A DNA stretch of 64,000 nucleotides from Scyliorhinus canicula (Eukaryota), in the NCBI RefSeq assembly GCF_902713615.1, contig NC_052149.1, forward strand, positions 49,313,213 to 49,377,212, in the 5' to 3' direction. The stretch's first letter is position 1. Each line of letters begins with the position of its first letter. A program made the translations under genes and the position numbers. Below are positions 24,138 to 37,589 of this stretch, in pieces. The notes below the pieces were generated by a model. The model saw only the letters and a list, made by a program, of their open reading frames with translations, was not told the DNA's origin and did not search any database.

Positions 24138-26561
24138 TTGCAATTTGAAAAATATTACGATTACAGAGATTTGAATTATTTTCCATTGACATTGAGGGTT
24201 AATTTTATGAGGCGTGTTGAGACCTCGATTTTGGGATAAAAGGTATTGTCCTGAGACTGCATTTAATGGCAGTGGGACCTGCTCGGCAATTTTACATCAG
24301 CGGCCTCCTCATTGCCTGCCTATGTTAATGTAAGCCTACTTGTGAAAAAAAATGATTATTATTATAGACCATGGCAGGCTCGTGGTGTTGCAAATCTGAG
24401 GACTAACAGTTCTAAAAACTCAGTAGCCCCACAAGGAGAGTTTGTTGCTGCTGAGGGATGTAGGGCCGACTGAGATAAGTGAAACGTATATCACGGGACC
24501 GATAGTTGGAGGGAATACCCCATTGGGGAATTCACTGGACCCACGGGGGCTGCCACGGCCGCCTTTTTGTTTCATTCTCTCTAACTTAGGTGGCCGTCTC
24601 AGGCTGTCACTGGGAGACTGCTTCCATTTATCTGGTGGCCTTTCCATGTGGTGGGGGTGGGATAGTGGGGGGGGGGGGGTGGGGGGGGGGGGGTGGAGGG
24701 CACCATGCCAACGTGAAAACCAACGACAAAATGGCGATGGGATTGTCATAGGCCTTTAGATGGATGCAGGCTCTCTCTCTCTCCCTCCCCCCCCCCCCCC
24801 CCCCCCCCCCACCTCTTGGGATCTTGTACAATCTGGTCATTGAAACAAAATAGAAAACAAAATCAACTTTAAACTTTAACATGATCAACCCTGTTTAACA
24901 AAAGCCATTGCCATGTCCAATATCATGCCTATTCAGCATCATCAACGTTCATGTGAAGAATACAAATACGCTCACTGAGACACAATAAACACCTTCACGC
25001 CATCAATCTCTGAACACACTAAAGCCTTGAAAGTGGAGATGTTAATGTAGTTCCTGCCTATGATATAGCAGACTTCATTCGACCCTGGTGTGGTTAAACT
25101 TGAACCTTCAAGTAAATTGGTGTTTGGTGAAAGCACAAGAATGAAAATAGATAATAAAATATATCATAACCACAGTTCTTTCAAACCATGTGTAATACGA
25201 GCATAAGAATTTTCAACTGGGGTTTTCGTGAATGGTTGCCTATTATCTGATTTCCTTCCCATTCAACAGTAACCTATGGGGTTTTATGACATTATAATTC
25301 TCTGAACATTCCAGTAGAATAACAAACACAAACGTTAAGCAGAAGCAGCACCATGACAACACTGAGGAAAGTATAATGATATTAGAAATATAAACTGTAA
25401 ACGGCCACCTAAGTTAGAATGGTTTAATAAACAAATCATGGCAGTGCTAAACTTTATCCCTTGTGCAATAGAAACAAGTCATGTCCATATGAATATGGTT
25501 TTGTGTATACTTGTAAAAGTAAAATGTTTAAGAATATGCCCACCATCTGTTGAGTGATGCAAGTCATAGCAAACAGCAGAATAAAACTGACAAAATCAAA
25601 GTGTTGGAATTACACAGCTGGGAATATAAAAGTGTTTGTACCACAGCAGCTGTCCAGCGGGAAGTCAGGTTTACACTTTGAGCGCAAAGACGTTCTGAAA
25701 ATAAGGGTCTGCCAAAACATTAATTTGCCTTTTCTCTCCACAAATACTGACTGGCCTGCAATGTATTCCTAGCACTCTGTACTTCTGTGTCAGGTTTCCA
25801 GCAGATTATTTTCTTTGAGAAAGGTACGAGGCACGAGCAAAGGTAGTAAGTGTCTTGGCGATGTTGCAAACCCGAACAACAGATAGCATTTCAGATTTAC
25901 GATGGACTCATCTAGATTTTATGGAATTCTTTATTTCCTGTGCCCATGTGTTCAGAACTATATCTGGTGATCTACGAACAGCAACACAATTTTACCACTT
26001 CTGTGTTTTCCCCCATGGCCAAACATGTTTATGATCATGGAGTTCCAGCTTCCCTCGGAGTTTTGTCGAACACACCTCTGTGCTCCGTACATTCTCTGGG
26101 TATTACATATATAATGGGGGGATTTTTAACATGGGTGCCTGGTGAGATTCGGTGTGGGCAGGGGTTTAAATGGACAAAAGATACTGAACATACTGAAAAC
26201 TCCAACCCACTGTCTTTCAGATTTTGCAGAGGTTGGACAAGGAGCGGGCAGCCAACTCGCTCCCTGGAGGTGGGTTGGAATTTTAAACAGTTAATGAGTC
26301 TGTAAACCTCAAATTTAATCTGCCTTGCAGGTTTAACTGTGGCCGGCTGGTTACCAGGGCCTTGGGAAACCTGCAATTGTAGCGAGGCAAGGATAGCTTT
26401 GGGGAGAAGGCAAGTTCATTCACAGCACTCCAAGGGAACCAAGAGAAGCAGGTGCACTTCTTCCTGGCCCTGTAAGTTCCCCTAAACCTCATACAAACCA
26501 GAAACTTCACAGCACATGGGGAATCGAGACTTGGGGTTCCCTGTGTGCTATTGGAACCGGC

Positions 26562-26687
26562 GGGCTGGATTCTCCTTCCCCGCCCACCGCAAGAACGCCA
26601 CAGGTAAGCTGCATAGAATGGAGAACTCCATTGACCTTAGGTGGGATTCTCCGGGTGCCGGGCGGATGCGGTCGGAGAATCTCGCCC
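26562..26687. mobile_element. Short (126 bp) MITE with the same TIR type
   Basis: gggctggattctcc / ggagaatctcgccc; TSD not matching. Confidence 0.65.
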
Positions 26688-26771
26688 TCCATCTCTGAAC
26701 ATGTCACGAAGTAAACATTGCCTCCTAATATGTCACATGGCCTTTCAGTTAGTCAATGCACATTTCATATA

Positions 26772-27072
26772 AATAATAATAATCAATAATAATCTTTATT
26801 AGTGTCACAAGTAGGTTTACATTAATACTGCAATTAAGTTACTGTGAAAATACCCTAGTCGCCAGACTCCGGCGCCTGTTTGGGTACACTGAGGGAGAAT
26901 TCAGAATGTCCAATTCACCTAACAATCACATCTTTCGGAACTCGTGGGAGGAAACCCACGTAGACACAGGGAGAACTTGCAGACTCCACACAGCCGGTGA
27001 GTCAAGCTGGGAATCGAACCCGGGCCGCTGTTGCTGTGAAGCAACAATGCTAACCACTGTGCTACCGTACTG
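26772..27072 (-). mobile_element. V-SINE variant with the alternative tail (type B)
   Basis: tRNA head and V-like core plus tail aggcgccgga...gactaggg...cacagtaact...cctacttgtgac-(ATT)n. Confidence 0.85.
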
Positions 27073-29626
27073 CGGCCATAAATATTGTGGATATTTTGCG
27101 ACAGAAGAGAAGCAGTAAAACTGGTACAAATATTTAAAGTTATGACAGGAAACATTTTTTTTAAATGAAGTAAAATAATGCACAGTTCCCACTCTCCTGT
27201 TCAAAGATTTAGAGATGTCCAATTTGGTTAATTTTTCATGTTCAGCGAATGATCTCTTGACCCTGTGCTAATCTTATTAACAAATCTACATTTTTTCTAA
27301 ACCTGCTCACAATTTGTAACCATAATCAATTAACATCAGACTGTCAACTCTACTGCAGTCCCTGGAGATTAAGGGTTCAGCGTACACTCAAAACGAACGC
27401 CTGTATTATTGTTTTAGCACAGGTCACCAGTGTGCAGCAATTTTTTTAAAAACAATCCATGACTGACCAAACAAGTGATTGAGTATCAAGTTGATTAGAT
27501 TCAGCTGCGTTTGCCAGTTGTGAAATTTAAAAACAAATTGTTTTACACCAAAGGATGTCCTCCAGATATCATTTTGTTACAAGAATCAGAATCTTCTCAT
27601 TTGTCGGTTCTCTTATATATTTGTAGTGTAAAGGCACTGATGGAAGCAAATCCAGAGAGAAAGGCAGATCGTTGATAGATAAAACAGAAGTGGAGGCAGG
27701 AAAACAATCTCAAGTTTTCACTTAAGGCCTAGGAACTATGGGCTTTGTGTTTTTTTAAAAATTATATCGGACTCCTAGATTCTTACTGCTAATTTGGAAT
27801 TGTATTCTATGATAATTTCCATTCCTCCATGAAAATGAGAACGCACTGCCTTTGTCATGAGATCTTGATTCAACCTCAACACTTAAATTTTACTATGACT
27901 TGAAAATACCGCCTGCCAAAGGATCGCCATGCAAATCACGTCAATGCAATAATTCATTATTCAAATGTCAAAAACACAAGCTATATCAGAGGAGTAATTT
28001 CTTGGCACATGACATGACATCTGTGCAACTTTTATTTTCTTTGAAAATAGAAACACTGTGGAGATTTTGGGGATGGTTTAATTCTGTTTGGATTAAGTTT
28101 CTGCCATGAATTAATGTCACGGGGTACACCAACAGCCATGCATGTTCTCAATGTCCATGGTAATTATTCACTTTAATGAAAGTTGATGACTTGTGAAATA
28201 TATATATATTCGACTCATTTTACAATTGTCTTTATTCTTGTAACACAGAACCTTTTGCAACAACTTCCTGCTTTTGGTTGAGAGATCATTTTTTAAATTC
28301 TGCAGTCCGCCAATCTATAGGCGGGCGAGATTAGTCTGAAAAGGATGAATCGACCCCGAGCTGACTGTCTTAACGAATGCCAAACATGATATGGGTGCCA
28401 AAAAGGGATATATTTCCAATGTCTGGAAACTGCTCTATTTCAAGGAGCTGGATGTATATTTATACCATGCTACATAGGGAGCTGGGAAATCACCAAAGCA
28501 TCTAGTTTAATGCTGCAACAATGAACAATATTGTTGCCAAGTTATGACAGTATTCCAAATCAGGTCAAGATACAACATTTGTCACATCAATGACTTGACG
28601 ATGTTCTTCCAGCATTATCAGGAATGTAGGGCAAATCTGTAAAATGTAAATTCCATTCAGCAGGTCCTTAAACCGGACAATATGAGTCGCCATTCCAGAG
28701 TAACATCAGTGGTGCAACATTTGGCGTGCCGTAAAGTGGAAGAACATGGACTCGTTCCCAAAAAGATTCACAGCAGATATTTCTGAATCAGACATTGGCA
28801 GCTTCCTTTATTTGTTTTGTGATCAGAATTCTCCAAGAGACAGGATACTATTGTGTGTTAAAAATGAAGTGAACAAATGTAGAAGGCATGTGTTTCAAGG
28901 AAAGATTAATCTTTCTAAAGGGCCCCGATGGGGACAGCAGTAAAATCCTGGAGAGTTACAGAGAGTGCTGTGAGGTGTAGGGAAGGGCAGGAAAACTACA
29001 TCTTGCTCCAAGCAGAATGATTGCCAGAGGGACTTTTTTACCTCTCTCAAAATGAGAGGGCTGTTTAAGATGTGAGGCTCTTTGTAACCACGTCCTCCCC
29101 TAATGTACGAAACTAACTTGCTCCAATTGAAAAAAAATTCAAAACCGAAATGAGATACCGTTACAAAGATTCAAGGGAGACAGAAATGTGTTGTTCTCAA
29201 CATGTCAAAAAATCCATTTGTGTACAATTTTCCCTCTGCTGCAAAGATACATTTTATATTAATAGTAATGAAAATGCATGCACAGATGAAGCATATAAAA
29301 AACCTGATTGCATACTCGACATGTGGGACTGAAGCCTTCGGTACAAGTCTGCAGAGGATACCGATTCCAAACGCAATTTAATATCAAAAAGCTTTTACTT
29401 TAAAGAGAATGCAAAATTGGTTTAAAAAAGCTCTTGGGATTTCTGCACATATGCAGTGTCTCACGGTTGGCTGAAATTGTGAACCAGAATCTCACTAAAG
29501 GGAATGATTAATTCTGGTTCTGCTCTAACTTGTACATTTCATAGAATCATAGAATTTACAGTGCAGAGGAAGGCCATTTGAACATAGAACTGAATGAGAT
29601 CATGATCACATGATTACATAAAGCAT

Positions 29627-29796
29627 GGCTGGGATTCTCCGCTGACATGATTCTCCATTATGCCGGCGCCCGGGGGTTTCCCGACGGCGTGGGGCTCTCC
29701 CCCAATGGGAAACCCCATTGACCGGCCGGCGTAATGGAGAATCCCGCCGGCCGGTCGGGGCAGGAATGTGGCACAGCAGGGCGGAGAATCCTGCCC
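29627..29796. mobile_element. Short (170 bp) Harbinger-type MITE
   Basis: TIRs ggctgggattctcc / ggagaatcctgccc; flanks CAT/CAC; internal hairpin caatgggaaaccccattg. Confidence 0.82.
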
Positions 29797-30286
29797 CACA
29801 TCTGAAAAATCGCCGACTAAAATTATTTATAGTTATTTGGAAATGGCAAACGAGAAACAAAATACATCAACCTGGTAGCATGACAGTGAAAGTGTTAGCA
29901 TCAGTGCCTGCAGTTAAAATTATGACTTGATTCCTTTGGTGGGATTTGATGATACACGAGAGAAACTAGGGAGGGGACTGAAACCCATGGTTCCATACAT
30001 AAAATTGAAGCCAGGAGGAAAATGTCTACTTCAGCCTATCACTCACCTTCAAGCAAGCAAGTCACAGTAACATTGACAAGACTGGAGAGCAGCTGCTTGG
30101 ACATTCTCCCAGATGGAAGGCAGGAGAAAAATGACTGAAGAATCAATTTGAAAAAGGGCTGTACTTCCAGACCATTAAATATGTCAGAAAGAGAAGCCAA
30201 GTGTCGTTGAAACAGAGGAGGCCGAGGGGTGATTTAATTAAGGTGTACAAGATTATAAAGGCCCTAGAGTAGACACAAAAGACACG

Positions 30287-31001
30287 GGCCGGGATTCTCC
30301 CCTACCTGGCGGGGCGGGGGGTCCCGGCGTGTTGGAATGGCGTGAACCACTCCGGCGTTGGGCCGCCCCAAAGGTGCCGCACCTTTAGGGGCCAAGCCCT
30401 CACATTGAGGGCCTAAGCCCGCGCCGGAATGGTTCCCGCTCTGCCGGCTGGCGTGAACGGCCTTTGGCGCCACGTCAGCCAGGGCCGAAAGGACTTCACC
30501 GACCGGCGTAAGTCCGCGCATGCGCCGGAGCATCAGCGGCTGCTGACGTCACCCCGGCGCATGTGCAGGAGATGGGGTCACTTCCACCTCCGCCATCGTG
30601 AAGACCATGGCGAAGGCAGAGGAAAAAGAGTGCCCCCACGGCACAGGCCCACCCGCCGATCGGTGGGCCCCGATCGCAAGCCAGGCCACCGCGGGGGCAC
30701 CCCCTGGGGTCAGATCGCCCCGCGCCCCCCCCCCCCCCCGGACCCCGGCGCCCGCCCGCGCCATCAATCCCGCCGGTACGGTAGGTAGTTTAATCCACAC
30801 CGGCGGGAGAGGCTTGTCAACGGCAGGACTTCGGCCCATCGCAGGCCAGAGAATCGCCGCAGGGGGCCCGTCGACCGGCGCGGCACGATTCCTGCCCCCG
30901 CCGAATCTCGGGTGGCGGAGAATTCGGGACCCGGCGGGGGCGGGATTGACGCCGGCCCCGGGAGATTCTCCGACCCGTCGGGGGGTCGGAGAATCCCGCC
31001 C
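30287..31001. mobile_element. Harbinger-type MITE inserted in a plus-strand CR1 3' fragment (~30205-31290)
   Basis: TIRs ggccgggattctcc / ggagaatcccgccc; flanks ACG/CCG; host reads ...RGDLIKVYKII... on the left and continues on the right. Confidence 0.87.
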
Positions 31002-31522
31002 CCGTTTCCTCTAGCAGAAAGGTCAACCACCGGGGGGGAGAATTTAAGGTGATTGGTAGAAGGATTAGAGGGGACATGAGGAAAAAGCTCTTCACACAGC
31101 AGGCGGTGGGTGCCTGGAGTTTGCACCCTGGTTTGGTGGTTGAGGCAGGAACCATCAACTCATTTCAAAAATACCTGGCACTGCACCGGAAGTGCTGCAA
31201 CCTCTAGATTGGATGGCTGGTCACTGTTTGGTTTTGTTTTTTTGGCCAGCGCAGATACGATGGGCTAAATGGCTCTTTCTGTGGTTTTATCTCTGTCTAG
31301 TTTTCTTGAGTTAGGAAAGACAGTACGACATTACATACCACAAATACAATCCAACAATTTGTGAAATAACTTTTCTTGGGATGGTGGTGGTAGCCACAAG
31401 ATTAGGATACAGTTTTGCATTTGTGGTTAAATTAAATATTTTCTTAATTCATCAGAACATCAGGGATTAGAACCAAAAGGTAATAGACTATGCCTAAAAG
31501 CATTTTGTTGCAGGAATACTAT

Positions 31523-31818
31523 GGGCGTGATTCTCCACACCCGGGAGAAATCGTGAGGCTGGCGTCAAAAACGGGTGGGTTTGACGCCAGCCTCTGCCCC
31601 CCCCGACCGGGAACCACTTCTGGTCCCCGGTCGGGGCTAGCATCCCGCGGCCGTGAACTCCGGCATCGTGGGAGGAAACCGGAGCACCCGGAGGAAATCC
31701 ACACCGACACGGGGAAAACGTGCAGACTCCGCACAGACAGTGACCCAAGCTGGGAATCAAACCTGGGACCTTGGAGCTGTGAAGCAACTGTGCTAACCAT
31801 TGTACTACCATGTCGCCC
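31523..31818 (-). mobile_element. MITE end (31523-~31668) fused to the 5' half of a minus-strand V-SINE
   Basis: First ~145 bp match the reverse complement of 55710-55851; the remainder is SINE head and core. Confidence 0.85.
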
Positions 31819-32820
31819 ACAGATTTAACCCAAAACATTTTAGTGATGGGCATCACCAGAATGTGAACTGTGCATCTTTATTCAAAAACAATCTCCAGAC
31901 AACTGTAGAATCAGATCAAGATAAATAAGATAGAAATTCAGGGGTTATGATACATTTGTTAACCTAATATTAAATATGTCTCAATTAATTTATTGCAAAC
32001 TAAGATAAAGGGTGGGTTCCACTCCTAACAAAGGTACAAATTGGGTCGCAAAATGCAAACTTATTTTGTGCTGCAAAAACATTTTTCCTGCCTTCCTGAC
32101 CCTCGACCATTTTCAGCAGGTAAGGAAGGCCTTGAGCACAAGACACACGTGCACCTCTTCCAAGATCAGTTCCTCATTATGAGGACCACAGAGAAACTAA
32201 ATTTCCTCCTACACACGGTTTCCATATGCTGGGGCGGGTTTTATAAACCCTAAAAAATCTAGGAATGAGTGTGACCACTGGAGGAAGCTTTCTGAGGAGT
32301 GAAGAACATTTTGACACTTTCAAATGTCACTATTAAATGCTGTATTGCAATGTAGATGTGTTTTTAATGCAGTGATTCTCAAGGGGATTCTTGTCTTGCA
32401 AAGTTAAATTGATCCTTACTTTTTTTATGCTTCGCCGGATGTGGGCATGGGGGATTTTGAGGTGGCGGGAGATGGCATGGGGTGGGTGGAGAGTAAGAGG
32501 GGTCAGATTCATGGGGGCCATTAAATAGTGTTGGGAGGTGGGGCTGCTGTTTTGGAGAACCAAGGCAGGTCTTCACACAGGCTCCCTCCGCACTCAGTCC
32601 CCACACACTCCATCACGACTCATAAAACACACTTCATAAAAAGACAGAAATCCTGGGCAAAAGGCACGTTTGGGTTGGCTGTGCATTTTGGCTCCCCATG
32701 TCACCTCAAATCCCTCATACTACCCCAGATCCCTCATGCTCCCTCACTGCCAACCACCCACCCTTCATTCCATCTCTGGTCCCCATGGCGCCCCAGATCC
32801 ATTGCTACATCTGGCCACCT

Positions 32821-33003
32821 GAAAATGAAAAAAATGCAAATCGCTTATTGTCACAAGTGGGCTTCAAGCGAAGTTACTGTGAAAAGCCCCTAGTCGCCAC
32901 ATTCTGGTGCCTGTTCGGGGAGGCTGGTATGTGAATTGAACCCATGCTGCTTGCCTTGCTCTGCTTTACAAGCCAGCTGTTTAGCCTACTGTGCTAAATC
33001 AGC
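32821..33003 (-). mobile_element. Short tRNA-derived SINE (type C)
   Basis: Reverse complement matches 56688-56871 and 37386-37571. Confidence 0.85.
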
Positions 33004-34249
33004 CTCTCTGTGACCTCTGCATCCTCCATAGGCACTTACTAAGTATGAACCAAGCACCGGCCTCAGGAAACATGCAATATTAATGGGAGTTATTTTAAAA
33101 TCAAAAATAAACTTCTACCAACCTAATAAAACCTGGAATTCAAACACAGTACCGAAAGAGTGCAGGGCAGGTTTCCCCAACACCACACAAAAATCTGGGC
33201 AGAAAGGTCTAGGCTCCACCACCCACTCTTTCAACCTTTGAAATTTTTGTGCATTTGTTTCTTTATAAAGGTTCTCCTACATGGAGTTAATGCAAATTTA
33301 CTGAGGTCAGAATGTGGTAACTAAACCTAAACTATTTTAAGACAGTATTTTTTATTTGTCTTTCTGAACCAAATTCCTGACACAGTTAGTAAAATGATTT
33401 CAGAGATCACTCAATGATAAGAATTCCCTTAGTCTCTGAGGTTTAAATTTGAGAGCTTGCGCTGTTGAGTTGCCAAAAAAGGGTGTATGCAATGAGACGC
33501 CAGTTGGAATTTTAATGAGTCTCTGGATTTATACCCATATGTTCAGTGTGTGCCAAACCAAGAGGTGTGAAGAAGCTAGTGGTAGGACTTAGCTGAAATT
33601 TACAAAGGCAACGTGCTTAATGGATGACAAGTAGCTTCACATATAGATTATAGAAACAGTCCTGTAAGACTTTATTTTATTCTGAGCAAACACTACCCTT
33701 ACTTGGGCTTTCGATAGTTCAATAAATTTGCACAATTACCATCCACTTACGAGTTTAAATCTGCCAATTCTGATCCTTGACATCCCTTTTTGACAGGCAA
33801 CTGTCCTAGAGCTCATGTAGAGCTGAGAAGGATTTGGCTGCAGGCACTTTGAATAAGTGAAGTGAGGAAAGACAGTCATTTAGATTCCATTCCAAATCTT
33901 TTCCCGCACCTACTGGTGCACTAAGGCAAACTATCGTCTGCTTCCCTAGCTAGTTATTCCCAGAACAGGTTGCTAGTCTGTTGGTCGGGATTCATAGCTT
34001 TAGAGGGCCACTCCATATCAAGCGTGGTTGTCCAGGAGTCTCTCCCGCTCTTACTGCCAGCTATTGGCACGTTGGAAGGGTTTGCAGGTTGACATTCAAC
34101 CTTGTTGACCGCATTATGAATGCACCTTCTGAGGTAGGATTGATCTTAGAGCTTCTGGCTGAGAGGCAGGGACGCAACCCACTAACCCACTGCGCCACAA
34201 GACCACCTGCAAGGGGGGGAGGGGGGGTGATCAGGGTTTGATACTAAGA

Positions 34250-34878
34250 CTCCGTTTCACTCCGCCGTCGGAGGCCGCTCCTCACACCCTATTCTCCTCC
34301 TGCCCCCGGGGGGCTAGGAGCAGCGGTGCGTGAATCTCGGGCGCCTGGCCTTGACGCTTGCGGCCGAGAATGACGCGGCCGGCAGCGCCTAAGTGATGTC
34401 AGCCACGCATGTGCAGGTTGGCCAGCTCCAACAGGTGCATGCGCGGTTGCCGTCTTCCCCTCCGCTGCCCCGCAAGACATGGCGGCTTGATCTTGCGGGG
34501 TGGCGGAGGGAAAAGAGACGCTGGCCCGACGATCGGTGGGCACCGTTCGCGGGCCAGTCACCTCATGAGCACACCCGTGATGCTCGATCCTCCCTCCGCC
34601 CACCACAGGCCCCACACTTACCTGGCAGCGACCAGGTGTGGATGGCGCCGGCCTGAACCGGTTGGGTTCATCAGGCCGTTCGGCCCATCCGGGCCGGAGA
34701 ATCGCCCGTCGCCGTTAAAAACGGCGAGCGCCGATTCTCCGAGCGGCGTCACACAAAACGCGACACGCCATTTTGGGGGGGGTGGGTGAATCGCGGGGGG
34801 TGCCAGGGCGACGTGTTGTGATTCGCCCGGCCCTCTCGCAATTCTCCCCCCCGGCGTGGGGAGCGGAGAATCACGCCC
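34250..34878. mobile_element. Harbinger-type MITE lacking its left TIR (family of 7209-7857)
   Basis: Colinear with ~7265-7857; right TIR ggagaatcacgccc. Confidence 0.88.
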
Positions 34879-35365
34879 ATTGTTTTTTAACAGGTTTGCA
34901 GCTTTGCACCACAGTTACTGCAAACTCTCAGTAGAACCCTCTCACCCGACCAAATATGGAAATGTTCCCATGCTCTTCAGTGAGATAGGAGGGGTATCCG
35001 AGCAGGTTCTGACAAGTCTTTAAAGGAAACTTTGCAACTGAAGAATTAACTTTCAATTTTGGCGAGATGAGGTTTTGTCAGGCACTGCTGGAAAGGAATT
35101 GGGAGCAGCATATGGAGCATATGGCTACAATTCGGCTGCAAATCACAAAAAAATAGGAAATCTGCTTCTGGCCTTTGATTTTGCAAAGGCAGAAATTGCC
35201 CCGACACGGCTGGCCAAATAATCTTGATTATTTGTGGAGACCTACACCATAAATGGAAGGAATTGACACTTTACTGGTCCACATTATCACTGTGGAAGGC
35301 ATGAACAATCTAATGGCTCGAGAATTCCAAAGGTTTTGGAAGTTTAAAATCCGATTGCCATAACT

Positions 35366-35385
35366 GGGGGGGGGGGGGGGGGGGG

Positions 35386-35424
<39 letters not shown>

Positions 35425-35480
35425 GGGGGGTGGGGGGGTGGGGGGGGAGGGGGTGGTCACGGTTTGGGGGGAGGGGGGGG
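35366..35480. repeat. Poly-G, (GA)n and G-tract compound simple repeat
   Basis: Directly visible. Confidence 0.95.
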
Positions 35481-36109
35481 TGATCAGGGTTTGATACTAA
35501 GTCCACCAATTTTACACACCATTTAAGGTATGTCCTAAATGCCACAGGCATTTGACAGTGGGAGAGATAGGTCCACACTGGTATGAGTAGCCATGCAAAC
35601 AGGTTTAGACCACATATTCCATCATTTCTCTGGTTCTAACTTACACAATTCTGAAATGGGTGTATTTTAATACAATTGTAGTGGAAGGTTAAATGCTGTA
35701 CTGAATTGTGCCATTCGGTACAAACTTTGTTTTGAATCAGTCTTTCGCCAACATTATTATTAAAGCTCGGGCTTCATTTGGAATTCTGCCTCTAGACAGC
35801 TTTTGGTTTGGAAAATCTTCCTAAAATATCCTGATAGGCTGTAACATGGATTTTCCAAAGATGATTTTCCTCTTCATGATAACTATGTTGGAAAAGAAAG
35901 ATAGAGAAAAGCAAAGAATTTAAAAGCTCCACAGGTGTATATGGCAGGGCCACAGGAAACCCATGCCTCATTGATACCCAACCAGCAGAGTGCTTAGACC
36001 CATCAGACATTCCTACCTCTTTGGTATTATGAGGCAACAAGGTTGCAGCTCAGAAGGGCTGAACGAACATTATAGGAAGGTCTTCAAACTGCATCAAGGA
36101 AACAGACCG

Positions 36110-37365
36110 AAACAAACAAAAATTTTACGGGATGTGGGCATCACTGGTAAGACCAGCATTTATTGCCCATCTCTAGTTTCCTTGGGGAGATGGTATTGAG
36201 CTGACTTCTTGAACCACCATAGACCCCGAGGTGTAGGTACATCCCCAGTGCTGAAAGTAAGGGAATTTCAGGATTTTGACCAAGTGACAGGGAAGGAACG
36301 GTGAATGACTTGGAGAGAACCCAGGTGATGAAGTTGCCAGGTATCTGCTGTTCTTGTCCTTCCAGATGGTAGTGGTCTTGGATGTGGAAAGTTCTGCCTA
36401 AGAAACCTTGGCGAGTTCCTGCAGTGATTCCTGTAGATGGTGCACATAGATGCCACTGTTTGTGGAGGGATTGAATGCATGTGGAAGGGATAGCAATCAA
36501 GCGGGATGCTTTGTCCTGGATGGTGTCGAGCTTCTTGTGTGTTGTTAGTGCTGCACTCATCCAGACAAATGGAGAGTATTCCATACAGTCCAGACTTGAG
36601 CCTTATAGATGGTGGACAGGTTTTGGAGGGTCCGGTGGTGAGTTACTTGCGGCAGGTTTCCGAGCCTCTGACCTGCTGTGGTAGCCACAGTATTAATATG
36701 GCTGGACAAGTTCAGATTCGGGTCCATGGTAAACCCCAAGGTGTTAATAGGGGCGGGTTCAGTGATGATAATGCCATTGAATGTCATGGGATGATGGTTA
36801 GATTTTTCCTTGCTGGAGATGATCATTTCCTGGCACTTGTGTGGTGCGAATGTTATTTGCTACTTGTCAGCCTAAACCTGGATATTGTCCAAGTCTTGTT
36901 GCATTTGGACCTGGACTGCTTCATTATCTGAGGAGGTACGAGTGATACTGAAAATTGTGCAGTCATCAGCGAACATCCCCAGTTCTGACCTTATGACGGA
37001 AGGAAGGTCATTGATGAAGCAGCTGAAGATGGTTGGGCCGAGGACACTACCCTCACAAACGCCTACAGTGATGTCCTGGAGATGAAATGACTTACCTCTA
37101 ATCACCGCAACCATCTTCCTTTGTGCCAGGTTTGACTCCAACCAGCAGAGATTTCCCCCACCCACCCCAATTCTCATTGATTCCAGTTTTGCTAGGGCTG
37201 CTTGATGCCATACACAGTCAGATGCTTGGTCAAGGGCTTGATATCAAGGGCAGTCACTCTCACCTCACCTCTTTCCATGTTTGAACCAAGGCTGTAATGA
37301 GGTCAGGAGTGTACAGAGCCCAAACTGAGTGTCCGCGAGCAGGTTATTGCTGAGTAAGTGCCACT
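36110..37365 (-). mobile_element. CR1-like LINE (second family), RT and 3' end, decayed
   Basis: GSVLGPTIFSCFINDLPS...MFADDCTIF; MEYSPFVWMSAA..KKLDTIQDKA. Confidence 0.88.
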
Positions 37366-37385
37366 TACTAGGGGCTGGTTCACTA

Positions 37386-37571
37386 GGGGCTGGTTTAGCT
37401 CACTCGGCTAAATCGCTGGCTTTTAAAGCAGACCAAGCAGGCCAGCAGCAGGGTTCGATTCCCATACCAGCCTCCCCGGACAGGTGCCGGAATGTGGCGA
37501 CTAGGGGCTTTTCACAGTAACTTCGTTGAAGTCTACTCGTGACAATAAGCGATTTTCATTTTTTCATTTCA
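37386..37571 (+). mobile_element. Short tRNA-derived SINE (type C) with a tandemly duplicated 5' end
   Basis: A/B boxes; actaggggctggtt occurs twice (37367 and 37382); (TTTCA)n tail. Confidence 0.88.
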
Positions 37572-37589
37572 CTTGATAGTACTGTTGAC

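Noticed and set aside
33751-33837. 87-nt minus-strand exon-like segment (PNPSQLYMSSRTVACQKGMSRIRIGRFKL)
   Set aside because: Weak acceptor and donor context, phase incompatible with the 17388-17442 candidate, peptide not recognised.
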